64,000 nucleotides of DNA from Pelagomonas calceolata (taxonomy: Eukaryota), in assembly GCA_918797485.1 (NCBI GenBank), contig CAKKNE010000003.1, positions 310,001-374,000 of the forward strand. The letters are read 5' to 3'. Below the pieces are notes generated by a model. That model searched no databases. It was not told the origin of the DNA and worked only from the letters and a program-made list of their open reading frames with translations. The first letter of the stretch is position 1, and every line of letters starts with the position of its first letter. This document shows positions 49,623-58,951 of this stretch, in pieces. The position numbers were made by a program, and so were the translations under genes.

Positions 49623-52112
49623 ATGGGCAATGCCGCCGCTTTACCAGAAAGGATCGACGCGGACACGGCCCGCGCCTTAGTGGGCTCGGACCGCCTCTTC
49701 CAGTCGCTCCTCCCGCGAGCGCCCTGGGCCGTCCAGAAATTTAGAAGGGGCGAGACGATCTCGCGGTCCGAAGCGCGCCTCATCTGGGAGCGCGAGACCT
49801 ACGAGGGCGCGGCCCGCGCGTCCTCGGACAAGGTCCAGGAGCATTTGCTGCCCTCGAAGCAGCGCTACGACACGTCGGAGTTCGACGGCGACGCGAAGCG
49901 GGCTGTGGCCGCGCTCGAGCGGCGGCTGTTTGATGCGCTCACGGAGCTGAAAGGGCTGAGACCCCTGCGACGGGAGGCCGCGGAACTACCTATTTTGAGA
50001 GGGAAGCTACGACGGGCCACGGAAGACGTGGAGAACGTGTCGCGGACCTGCGAGCAGCTGGAAAGGAGGCTCGCCGCCGCCAAATGCGAGCTCGACGGCT
50101 ACAAGCGCCACGAGGGCCAGGCCGTCGACGCCCTGAAGAGGAGAAGTGTGAAATTGGAGAGGAAGCTCGCGGACGCCCTCGAGGAGCGCGATATCGCGCG
50201 GCGCGAGGCCGACGAGTTGCGCAAGGACGCGGACGCGTCGCGGGCGGAGTTGCGGGAGCTGTCGAAAACGCAGTCGCGGCAGCTCGACGCCGTGCCCGAG
50301 ACCCTGGCGACGACGGGGCCGTCGCGGCGGCGGTCGCCGTCGCCTCGGCGGTTGCGGAGCCCGTCGCCCGCGAAGGAGGACCCGTCGAAGACGGGGCCCC
50401 AGCGCGTCGAGCGCGACGCGTCGCCCGCCAGGAGCGCCTCGCCGGCGAAGAGCGACGCCTCGGCGAAGAAGCGCGACGCCTCGCCGGCGCCGGCCGAGTC
50501 GCCCAAGGGGCGCGACGCGTCGCCCGAGCGCGAGCCGGAGGCGAAGTTCGCCGTCGGCGCCGCGGTCGAGGCCCGATATCGGGGCAAAAAGAAGTTCTAC
50601 CCCGGGAAGATTTTGAAGGTGCTCGGCGACCAGAAGTACGAGATTGAGTATTCGGACGGGGATGTCGAGAGGGGTGTCGACGAGGAGATGATCCGCGCCC
50701 TGGAGAAGGAGGACTCGCCCGCCAAGCGCGACGCGTCGTCGGAGCGCGAGACGTCGAAGTTCGCCGCCGGCGACGCCGTCGAGGCGCGCTTCGGCGGGAA
50801 GAAGAAGTGGTACGCCGGGAAAATTCTCAAGGTGCTCGACGGCGCCCGCTACGAGGTCGAATACGATGATGGGGACGTGGAAAAGGGCGTCGACGAGGAG
50901 CTCATCCGGGCCCTGGTGACGGCGCCGGCGCCGGCGCCGGCCGCGGGCGCGTTCGCCGTCGGCGCGAAGGTCGAGTGCCGCTACAAGGGCAAGAAGCGCT
51001 ACTATCCCGGGACCATCGCTGACTATGAAGATGGTGTCTATGCTATTGATTATGACGACGGGGAGAAGGAATCTGGTGTAAGCGAGGAGCTCATCAGAGC
51101 CGTCGAGGAGGCGCCAGCACCCGCCCCGGCCGCGGCGAGCGGCAAGTACGCCGTCGGCGCCAAGGTCGAAGCACGCTACCGCGGCAAGAAGAAGTGGTAC
51201 GCCGGCGAGGTCACGAAGGCCGACGGTGACGTTTACTCGGTGACTTACGAGGACGGCGATGTTGAGGACGGCGTGGCCGAGGAGCTCATCCGCGCCGTCG
51301 AGGAGGCCGCGCCCGCGCCCGCGCCGGCCGCAGCGGCCGAGGAAGGCAAGTACGCGGTGGGTTCGAAGGTCGAATGTCGATATAAGGGCAAGAAACGCTA
51401 CTACCCAGGACGCGTCGCTAGCTACAGCGGCGGCGAATACTCTATTGACTACGACGACGGCGAAAAGGAGTCTGGGGTGGCGGAAGAGCTCATTCGAGTA
51501 CTGGAGGAGGCTGCGCCTGCGCCCGCGTCGGCCTCGGCGGCCGAAGAGGCCACGAGTGATGGCTTCGAGGCCGGTATGCAGGTCGAAGCTCGCTACAAGG
51601 GAAAAAAGAAATGGTATAAGGGTACGGTGATGAAGCGCAACGACAATGGCACCTACGAAATCATGTACGACGACGGGGACAAGGAGTCTGGAGTCGCGGC
51701 CGACTTCGTCAAGGCCGCCGAAGTGGTCGCGTCGGACGAGGCCGCGCCGGCGCCGGCGCCGGCCGCTCGTGCTGCGAAGGTGTTCGGCAAGGGCGACAAG
51801 ATCGAGGCTCTTTACAAGGGGAAAAAGAACTGGTATGCGGGCGTCGTCGACCGATACGATGCTGATACTGAGACGTACGACGTCACTTATGATGATGGTG
51901 AGGTCGAGAAGGGCGTAAAACAGGAGAACATTGCGCGGGCGCCCGGCGACTCAGAACTGGAGGTTGGTCAAAAGATTGAGGCGAAGTATCGCGGCAAGAA
52001 GAAGTACTATCCGGGCAAGATCGCTGCGCGCTCCGGCGACACGTACGACATCGATTACGACGACGGAGAAAAGGAGTCGGGCGTCGCTAGGAATCTCATA
52101 AGGGAGGCATAG
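49623..52112 (+). CDS. Coiled-coil protein with 8 tandem Tudor/Agenet-like domains; possible N-myristoylation (MGNAAA)
   Basis: 8 x F/Y.VG..VEARY.GKKKWY.G.I....YxIxYDDG..E.GV.EELIR. Confidence 0.85.
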   Translation: MGNAAALPERIDADTARALVGSDRLFQSLLPRAPWAVQKFRRGETISRSEARLIWERETYEGAARASSDKVQEHLLPSKQRYDTSEFDGDAKRAVAALERRLFDALTELKGLRPLRREAAELPILRGKLRRATEDVENVSRTCEQLERRLAAAKCELDGYKRHEGQAVDALKRRSVKLERKLADALEERDIARREADELRKDADASRAELRELSKTQSRQLDAVPETLATTGPSRRRSPSPRRLRSPSPAKEDPSKTGPQRVERDASPARSASPAKSDASAKKRDASPAPAESPKGRDASPEREPEAKFAVGAAVEARYRGKKKFYPGKILKVLGDQKYEIEYSDGDVERGVDEEMIRALEKEDSPAKRDASSERETSKFAAGDAVEARFGGKKKWYAGKILKVLDGARYEVEYDDGDVEKGVDEELIRALVTAPAPAPAAGAFAVGAKVECRYKGKKRYYPGTIADYEDGVYAIDYDDGEKESGVSEELIRAVEEAPAPAPAAASGKYAVGAKVEARYRGKKKWYAGEVTKADGDVYSVTYEDGDVEDGVAEELIRAVEEAAPAPAPAAAAEEGKYAVGSKVECRYKGKKRYYPGRVASYSGGEYSIDYDDGEKESGVAEELIRVLEEAAPAPASASAAEEATSDGFEAGMQVEARYKGKKKWYKGTVMKRNDNGTYEIMYDDGDKESGVAADFVKAAEVVASDEAAPAPAPAARAAKVFGKGDKIEALYKGKKNWYAGVVDRYDADTETYDVTYDDGEVEKGVKQENIARAPGDSELEVGQKIEAKYRGKKKYYPGKIAARSGDTYDIDYDDGEKESGVARNLIREA

Positions 52113-52121
52113 TCTTCGCTC

Positions 52122-52247
52122 AGGCTCAGGCTCAGGCTAGTTACGTCGTAGGGTCCCCCGTACCCCTCCCGCTCCCCCCCGGCCCACTAGGTCGCAATTG
52201 CTGCTTCGAGGCTGAGGCTGAGGCTAGTTACGTCGCAGGGTTCCCCG
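52122..52247 (+). repeat. Imperfect 39-bp direct repeat (52122-52160 and 52209-52247)
   Basis: AGGCTCAGGCTCAGGCTAGTTACGTCGTAGGGTCCCCCG vs AGGCTGAGGCTGAGGCTAGTTACGTCGCAGGGTTCCCCG. Confidence 0.85.
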
Positions 52248-52448
52248 CTTCGTTTCCTAGTGTCTTACAGGACGCTAGCTCGACTTCGACGGGGCCTTGT
52301 AGCTTGGCGCCGCATACCAGGACATCCGCGCTGGATAAGAGCCGTTCGCGCAGCGCTCTCGAGTTGTCATCCATCTTGCGCGCCGCAGCGACATTGCGGC
52401 ACTCTGCCGCACCGGTGAAACCACTTTAGCAGGAGACCCAGAGAAAAG

Positions 52449-53345
52449 ATGATCTACAGCACACAGCAGGACCGCTTCTGGGACTTCATGTCGATTGAAT
52501 GTCGCAACAACCGCACCGACGCGATTGCGATGGAGGCCATGAGCAAGGAGTTCAGCGGCGTCGCGCGGACGCCGGGCGACGCCGCGAGCCAGCGCCACGT
52601 CAAGCTCTGCGAGCGGAACATCGCGCGGTCGGGCCAGCACATCGTCGGCGTCATGGAGAACGCGGCTAGCAAGACCATGTTCTTGTATACGGTCGGCAAC
52701 GCGATGGACGGCGGTGCGGAGTTCCTCTGCCGCGGCGTCCACGTCTCGAAGGCGCGGTCCGTCGCGCGGTGCATGAACATGCTCCGGCGCCGCCGCCGCG
52801 AGGGCCACCCCGTCTTCGCGGGCCAGCGCGCGGGCAGCGAGGACGGCTCGGAGAGCTACGCGATCCAGGAGCCCGCCGACGCCGCGCGCGTCCGCAAGAA
52901 TTTCACGTGCCTCGCGACGAAGATGCACGGCCATTCACGTTACCCGCTCCTCGAGCTCGTCGCGCAGGGCTCGCAACAAGAGGTCTTGGCCCAGGGCCTC
53001 GTCGACATGGGCGTCGAGGAGTCGTTCGAGGCCGCGGCCCGGAAGGTCGCCGAGATGGGGCCCCTGCCGATCGGCAACGACCGCGACGGCTACCGCCCCG
53101 CCGGGCGCGCGCAGACGGCGAAGGAGATCATCCGGTCGCGGCGCAAGGGCACGGAGGCGTGGCGGTCCTGTAACATGTGCGAGAAGACCGAGGCCGCCCT
53201 CGGCAAGAAGCTTTCGGCCTGCGCGAGTTGCGGGCGCGCGTGGTACTGCTCGCGCGAGTGCCAGAAGAGCCACTGGAAGTCGCACAAAACTTTATGCAAG
53301 AACATCGTCAAGAACATCGGCTCCCAGAAGAACGCGGCGGACTAG
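52449..53345 (+). CDS. MYND zinc-finger protein with a DUF4262-like N-terminal region
   Basis: CNMC..CASC..YCSRECQKSHWKSHKTLC; FLYTVG..GAEFLCRGV. Confidence 0.82.
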   Translation: MIYSTQQDRFWDFMSIECRNNRTDAIAMEAMSKEFSGVARTPGDAASQRHVKLCERNIARSGQHIVGVMENAASKTMFLYTVGNAMDGGAEFLCRGVHVSKARSVARCMNMLRRRRREGHPVFAGQRAGSEDGSESYAIQEPADAARVRKNFTCLATKMHGHSRYPLLELVAQGSQQEVLAQGLVDMGVEESFEAAARKVAEMGPLPIGNDRDGYRPAGRAQTAKEIIRSRRKGTEAWRSCNMCEKTEAALGKKLSACASCGRAWYCSRECQKSHWKSHKTLCKNIVKNIGSQKNAAD

Positions 53346-53649
53346 ACGCCGCGCGGGCCGCTCGCGACCGGGCGTTTCGGCTTAATGTGTCTGATTCTTA
53401 TGAAGTAGCTCTTGTCCTCGGATGCGGATAGGTCCCAGGTCCCGCCGACAATAAGGGCTCGCTCTCGCTTCGGAGAGGGGTGACATGGGCGGCAGCAGCT
53501 CCAAATCCCTTGCAAAAAGCTCGTGCTGTCGCATCGCTCATTGCCAGTGTGGTTGCGAAAGCGCGTCTCAAAGGTCAAACAAATTGCAACATCGACATCA
53601 ATCTTGGAACGCCAAGGCAGCATATACATTGCTAGGCAGAGTGGTCACC

Positions 53650-54498
53650 ATGGCTGCATTAATCGCAGCACTAATGTTGTCCACTGCTGCCGGGTACAGC
53701 TCGCCGCGAGCACCGGTTGTGGCAGGCAATTGGAAGATGAATCCCAGCACCTCGGCCGAGGCCGTCGCCTTAGCCGAAGCACTGGAAGCGGTCGACGGCC
53801 GAGAGGTCGTCGTTTTTCCGCCGACGTGCTACCTTGACGCCGTCGCGACGAAAGCCAACAAAAACGTCGCCTTGGGCGCGCAGGACGTCTGCGTGCTAGC
53901 GGAAAGCGGCGCGTACACCGGCGCGGTATCATTACCGATGCTGAAGAGCATGCCGCGCGTCGATTATGTCTTATGCGGCCACAGCGAGCGGCGATCGCTC
54001 TTCTCGGATGATGATGATGCGATCCGCGCCAAGGTCCGCGGCGCGTTGGATGCGGGCTTCGCGGCGATGCTCTGTATTGGGGAAACCCAGCAGGAGTACG
54101 AGCTCGGCGTCACTGATGATGTGTGCGCCTTACAGCTCGCCAAGGCGCTCGAGGGCGTCACGGCGGCCGAGATGGCGAACATTGTGGTCGCGTACGAGCC
54201 GGTCTGGGCCATCGGCACGGGGCTGGTGTGCCCGGCAGACGTCGCGCAGCGCGTCCACTCGTCGATCCGGCAGCGACTCCGGGCGACCTACGATTCTTCT
54301 GTGGCCGACTCGTGCCGCATTTTGTATGGGGGCTCGGTGAACCCGAGCGTCATCGACGGCCTCATGCGCCAGAGCGACATCGACGGCGTTTTGGTGGGCG
54401 GCGCCTCGCTCGACGCAGCAACGTTCGGGCAGATCGCGTCCTTCCACACGGGCTGGTGGCGCACGCGCAGTTTCCTGAAGAAGGTTTTTAGACGCTAA
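53650..54498 (+). CDS. TPI: Triosephosphate isomerase, probably plastid-targeted
   Basis: AGNWKMN, GHSERR, AYEPVWAIGTG, YGGSV, LVGGASL; signal peptide from ATG 53650. Confidence 0.95.
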   Translation: MAALIAALMLSTAAGYSSPRAPVVAGNWKMNPSTSAEAVALAEALEAVDGREVVVFPPTCYLDAVATKANKNVALGAQDVCVLAESGAYTGAVSLPMLKSMPRVDYVLCGHSERRSLFSDDDDAIRAKVRGALDAGFAAMLCIGETQQEYELGVTDDVCALQLAKALEGVTAAEMANIVVAYEPVWAIGTGLVCPADVAQRVHSSIRQRLRATYDSSVADSCRILYGGSVNPSVIDGLMRQSDIDGVLVGGASLDAATFGQIASFHTGWWRTRSFLKKVFRR

Positions 54499-54516
54499 GG
54501 AACACAACAACTATTA

Positions 54517-55635
54517 TTACATGAGTCCCTTTCGGAACCCCTCCAACACGTCGGCGCAGGACTCGATCGATTCGATGCGATCGACGCCCCGGCCGGCCTG
54601 CCAGATTTCTACCTGGTCGTCGAACGCAGCCTTCTTGTAGGTTTCCATGGCCTGCTTGAGCCTGCGTGAAATGAGCGGTCTTGCCACGCCATCGTCGCGT
54701 CGATGGCGTGGATTCACACGCCGGGGCGACATCAACGTCCGCGTGAGCGTCTTCGTGTACCTATTGCGGAGGAGCCAGGCGACCAACGCGTTCACGCGCA
54801 GCCCGCCGGCCGCGAGCTGGTCCGTCTTTATGACCGAAGAGTTCGTCCCCGCCAGCTTGTTCGTCCAGACGATGTCGTCACCCGTCGCAGCGACGATGGC
54901 GTCCTTGTAGGATTGGGTTACTTGCGCTTCGTGCGTCGCCAGGAAGCGCGTGCCGACGCTCGCCCCCGCGTAGCCCAGGTCGAGCGCTCGTCGCAGGTCA
55001 GCTCCGTCGGCCACGGCGCCCGCCTGGATCAGGGGCAGACCGATGCCTCGCAACTGTTCGGCGAACATCTCCGCTGATCTATTACCTGTCTGCCCACCCA
55101 TCGCATCATTTAAGCATATCAGACCGTCCACGCCACTTGCAGCGACCTTCTCCGCGACTCTAGGTGTGTGAACGTCGTGGTAAATCTTGATGCCCCTTGG
55201 TTTCGCGAACGCGACGATGCGGTCCGGCTTGCCCAGCGAGGTCAGGAAAAACTTTACTCCTTCGTCGGCGGCGACGTGCATCCACTCGTCCATTTGTTTT
55301 TTGTACTTCTTATTTTCGAGGATAGTGAAGTTCACGCCAAACGGCTTGTCCGTGAGGCGCTTGATCAGTTGTAACCCTTCACGAAAATCATGACCGTAGA
55401 GGTGCGTGAGCGAGATTGGCTGCACGACGCCCAAGCCGCCGGCAGCGCTCACTGCCGCGACCAATTCCGGGTTGCTCCCTGGATACATGGGGCCCTTTAT
55501 GACCGGTACCGCGCACCCAGCGTCGTCGAGGAAGCGCTGCGTCGCCGCTGAAACCGCACTGCTGAGGGGCCTGGAACCCAATCGCGGAGCAACGATGGCA
55601 CGCCGCAGCGGCGTCGTTGCCAATCGCCTCAACAT
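54517..55635 (-). CDS. Nitronate monooxygenase / 2-nitropropane dioxygenase-like flavoprotein, probably mitochondrial; in-frame intron 54662-54730
   Basis: PVIKGPM..SNPELVAAVSAAGGLG..GTRFLATHEA..YKDAIV..IWQAG. Removing the 69-nt intron gives TRTLMLKQ. Confidence 0.88.
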   Translation of the reverse strand: MLRRLATTPLRRAIVAPRLGSRPLSSAVSAATQRFLDDAGCAVPVIKGPMYPGSNPELVAAVSAAGGLGVVQPISLTHLYGHDFREGLQLIKRLTDKPFGVNFTILENKKYKKQMDEWMHVAADEGVKFFLTSLGKPDRIVAFAKPRGIKIYHDVHTPRVAEKVAASGVDGLICLNDAMGGQTGNRSAEMFAEQLRGIGLPLIQAGAVADGADLRRALDLGYAGASVGTRFLATHEAQVTQSYKDAIVAATGDDIVWTNKLAGTNSSVIKTDQLAAGGLRVNALVAWLLRNRYTKTLTRTLMSPRRVNPRHRRDDGVARPLISRRLKQAMETYKKAAFDDQVEIWQAGRGVDRIESIESCADVLEGFRKGLM

Positions 55636-55801
55636 GTCCGAATTGGTCCCTGCTCGCTCTGCAGGCACGATTGGAGCCGCAGAGCTATGATGTAGCTAGC
55701 GGCAAGTAAGGCACTAGGAATGCCAGAGATGCAGTCCACGCCCACGGCGCCGCATTGCTCACATAGCTGCTCACAAGCAAGAACACGACTCAATTCCAGC
55801 A

Positions 55802-56681
55802 ATGCTGCGATTACTCGTGCTGTGCTATGCTGCTCGAAGCGCCTGCGGCTTCGTAACTCCACCCACAACTACAAAGCTGGCACCACTCCGGTCAGGAGGC
55901 CCGCCAGTCGTCGAAAGGCCGTCGCCGGACATACTGTTGAGCGCAAGGGATGACCAGACCCAACAACTCGGCTTCGCAGCCATTTGCGGAGGAATTGCGG
56001 TCGGCACCGCCGCCTGCGTGGCCGGTCTCAGCGGGCTGGAGAGCGTGCTGCCGGACGGCTGGTTCGGGGCGTGGCGCGACTACACGTGGCCCCTGCCGCT
56101 CGGAGGCATCTTCGCGGCGGCGGGCGTGGCGCACTTTACGCTTGCCGATGCGTTTATAGCTATCGTGCCGCCGAAAGGCACGTGGGGAGGCCTCTGGCAG
56201 GTGCCGGCGCCGGGCGCCGAGGAATTGAACCTCAGTTACGCGGAGTACCACTGCTACTGGACGGGCGTCGCCGAATTTCTGGGAGGCGTCGGCCTCGCGG
56301 GCGCCGGCCTCGGGCTCCTCCCGCTTCCCGTTCAGCTTCCCGCGTTCGGGCTCTTTTTGCTCGTTGCTGCCGTGACGTATACTCGCGGCGTCATGTCACA
56401 CGGGGCCGCGTCGATAGCGTCAAGCGAGTGCCCACGCAGGCCTGCAAATATCTATATGGCGACGCACGATGCGCGCGGCACAGTGCACAAATCTCGCGGC
56501 GCTCTCTGAATCGTGCCCTCCACGCCATCGACGCGACGCCTGCACCCGATTGACTGGTCGATTTGCGCACAGGCAAATGGGCCCCGACGTGCCGCCCATT
56601 CCGTACCCGAACGGGCACATTGGCCGTGGCGTCGCGCAGTGCGTACTGCTCGCATTCTTTTGGAAGCTTACGTTTCAATAA
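55802..56681 (+). CDS. DoxX-like membrane protein, probably plastid-targeted; exons 55802-56376, 56440-56472, 56573-56681
   Basis: [40 protein letters not shown]...Q; signal peptide with CGFV. Confidence 0.78.
56473..56572 (+). mobile_element. Introner derivative (element 56481-56572, 92 bp); inferred GC-AG intron
   Basis: TIRs CAGTGCACAAATC / GATTTGCGCACAG. The only frame-restoring donor nearby is the GC exactly 8 nt upstream of the TIR. Confidence 0.8.
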
Positions 56682-56717
56682 CAAGTTACTATGTAGGGGG
56701 CGAGCTATGGAACCGCG

Positions 56718-57644
56718 TCATCGATCAGGCCTCACGGCCCGCCCCCAGAACATCCGCTGCACCTCGGGGCTGTTCACGAACCCTTCGATGTCGGAGAAGC
56801 AGTACACCGCGACGAGGCGCTCGCCCTTCACCTCCGAGACGCGGTGAAGCGACGTGCGCCCTGCAAAGATCTGGAGGGTCCCCGGCGCGAACGGCGCTGT
56901 CCGGACGGAGGGGCATGCGGCGCCGGCGGGCTCGACGGCGTACTCCGAGTGGTCGTTAATCACAGCTGCGGTCGTCTCGAAAGCTAAGTCGTCGACCGAC
57001 CGCCGGAGCGGCTCCGTGAACTCAAAAGCCCCACCTTCCGCCGCTTGAACCAGCGACAACGTGACGGTAAATTCCGATTCGTCGTAGTGCCAGGCGTGGG
57101 CCCAGCCCGAGCGAAACACGTTGATCGACGCGGCGCCCAGCGGGTCCGCCAGCCGATGGGCATTTTTGCCGGTGATGGCCTTGACGAGCCCCAGCAGTTC
57201 ATCGCTCGCATATAGAGCCCGGATGGCCCTACTGGAATCGAGCTCGTCGCACGCCGTCGATGCGACCCTCGTCCGCATCTGCTTGTTCCGCACATGCTCG
57301 GGCCCCAGCTTCGCATCGGTAGAAAGCTGGTAGGCGTTGTGCGTGTCGTCCGTGGCAAAGGCAGAAGGCGCCGCGGCCGTCGCCTCGGCCACGGCGTCGG
57401 AGAGGGCAGCTTCCATCAAGAAGCACGGAAAACTTGCGCAGCCCGTCGCCGCCAAATCACTCCGCGCCTTCTCAACGAGCGCGCGGCCTTCCGCCGATCT
57501 AAGGTCGCCGATCGGGTACCTTTCAAGATTTACAAGATCTCCGAGCGCCGGCCGCAACGGAAACGACTCGCGAGGCCTCGGCGAGGGCGCGGCGACGACG
57601 CTGTGCAGCAGGAGCGGTATCGTGACCAGCAGCACGAGCCTCAT
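56718..57644 (-). CDS. 2OG-Fe(II) oxygenase resembling the BesD/HalD/ArpA-like family, with a signal peptide
   Basis: WHYDESEFTVTLSL..EGGAFEF..PGTLQIFAGRTSLHRVS..ERLVAV. Confidence 0.75.
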   Translation of the reverse strand: MRLVLLVTIPLLLHSVVAAPSPRPRESFPLRPALGDLVNLERYPIGDLRSAEGRALVEKARSDLAATGCASFPCFLMEAALSDAVAEATAAAPSAFATDDTHNAYQLSTDAKLGPEHVRNKQMRTRVASTACDELDSSRAIRALYASDELLGLVKAITGKNAHRLADPLGAASINVFRSGWAHAWHYDESEFTVTLSLVQAAEGGAFEFTEPLRRSVDDLAFETTAAVINDHSEYAVEPAGAACPSVRTAPFAPGTLQIFAGRTSLHRVSEVKGERLVAVYCFSDIEGFVNSPEVQRMFWGRAVRPDR

Positions 57645-58006
57645 AGCGCCTCGTGGGGCTCCGGCCCCGGCGTGAAGACGTCGTTGAGTTCGATCTCGTC
57701 CCGGCTTTCGGCGAAGTGCGCCTGCTGCTGCGGCGACAGCGCGTCCCAGCCGAAGGCCGCGGGGTTCGGCGGCGGCGGCTGCGTGCCGTTGCGGATGGCG
57801 CTGATGATCGCCTCGAGGTGCGCGTCCTGCGCCTTACTTAAGTGCTCCGGCTCGAAGCCCGTGACGCGCGGCTCGCTCGAGCCGTCGAGGAAGGGCGGCG
57901 GCGCGGGCCGGATGCCGATCTTGATTTCCTGCTTCTGTTCCGGAGGTGTCTCGCCGGTCTTCTGCTTCTTCTCGGGTGGCGGCTTGGCGTCGGCAAAGTC
58001 TGCCAT
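57641..58006 (-). CDS. Small hypothetical protein
   Basis: ATG-initiated 121-aa ORF with GC3-rich codons, preceded by promoter-like intergenic DNA. Confidence 0.6.
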   Translation of the reverse strand: MADFADAKPPPEKKQKTGETPPEQKQEIKIGIRPAPPPFLDGSSEPRVTGFEPEHLSKAQDAHLEAIISAIRNGTQPPPPNPAAFGWDALSPQQQAHFAESRDEIELNDVFTPGPEPHEAL

Positions 58007-58239
58007 CTAGGAGAGGGGTGCTGCCGGTGGTCCACACGTCACAGTTCTCGAAGCGCTGCCGGGGCACGACTCAGCGGCCACGACTGAGCACGCTACGCCC
58101 ACTTTGCGCCGCGGAGGGTACCGCTCACCGCGTTTTTGGCCGGCCTGCTTAAGCTTGCTTTGCTTGCTAGTGTCTTACCGGTCGCTAGCACCTCCGGCCG
58201 CCGCGCAAACGAAACCTACTAACCAAAGACCCTTAGCGC

Positions 58240-58575
58240 CTATGCCGTCTTGTACATCATCACGGCGAAGTTGTCGACCTTGAAGGAGCAGAAGTGCCGG
58301 GTCTCGTGCGTCGCGAAGGCCCCATAACTCCGGCCCACGACGACGTGCCAGTAGGGGCTCCACTTCTCGTCGAACTTCTTCTTTATGCGGCCCACGGACG
58401 CGTTGCCCGCGTCCTCGTCGTCGTAGGACTTGCCCTCGGCCTGGAGCGCGCCGAGCTCCTCGTGGAACGTCTGGATCGCATCCTTCAGGATGTCGTCGGG
58501 CATGTCGCAGGGCAGCCGCAGGCGCGCGCCCCACATGTTCGTGAATTCCACATTCTTCTGGGCGTCGTCGCCCAT
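58240..58575 (-). CDS. Dynein light chain, LC8 family
   Basis: DMPDD..IKKKFDEKWSPYWHVVVGRSYGAFATHE..F.V....VMMYKT. Confidence 0.92.
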   Translation of the reverse strand: MGDDAQKNVEFTNMWGARLRLPCDMPDDILKDAIQTFHEELGALQAEGKSYDDEDAGNASVGRIKKKFDEKWSPYWHVVVGRSYGAFATHETRHFCSFKVDNFAVMMYKTA

Positions 58576-58951
58576 CGTTCGAGCTTGCTATAGGTGTGAA
58601 TTTGGTCCTCTTCGTGGGCGTAGGCTACAGCGGCGTCTGGGCTGCCTCGATGGCGTTGCGGCTCCACAGGTGATGCTGGGGCAGCGGTGGTGGCCTCGAC
58701 GGGACTCGACGGGCGTGCCTCGGCGCGCGCTGGACAGCGGCGCTTCGATGGGGCTGCCCTCTAACTAGGACTTACCTGTACAGCCCCAAGTCTTACGAGC
58801 TTGTACGTCTGTGATGCGTAGTCCACTTGTTTAGGTGCACTCAGCCTTCCCATGCGCCACAGCGTATAGCTAGCTCTCTCCCTCCGGGTTGCGGGACGAT
58901 CGGTGACGCGCGGTGATACCTCCTGGGGACCTCCTGGGCACAGAAAAAGTA

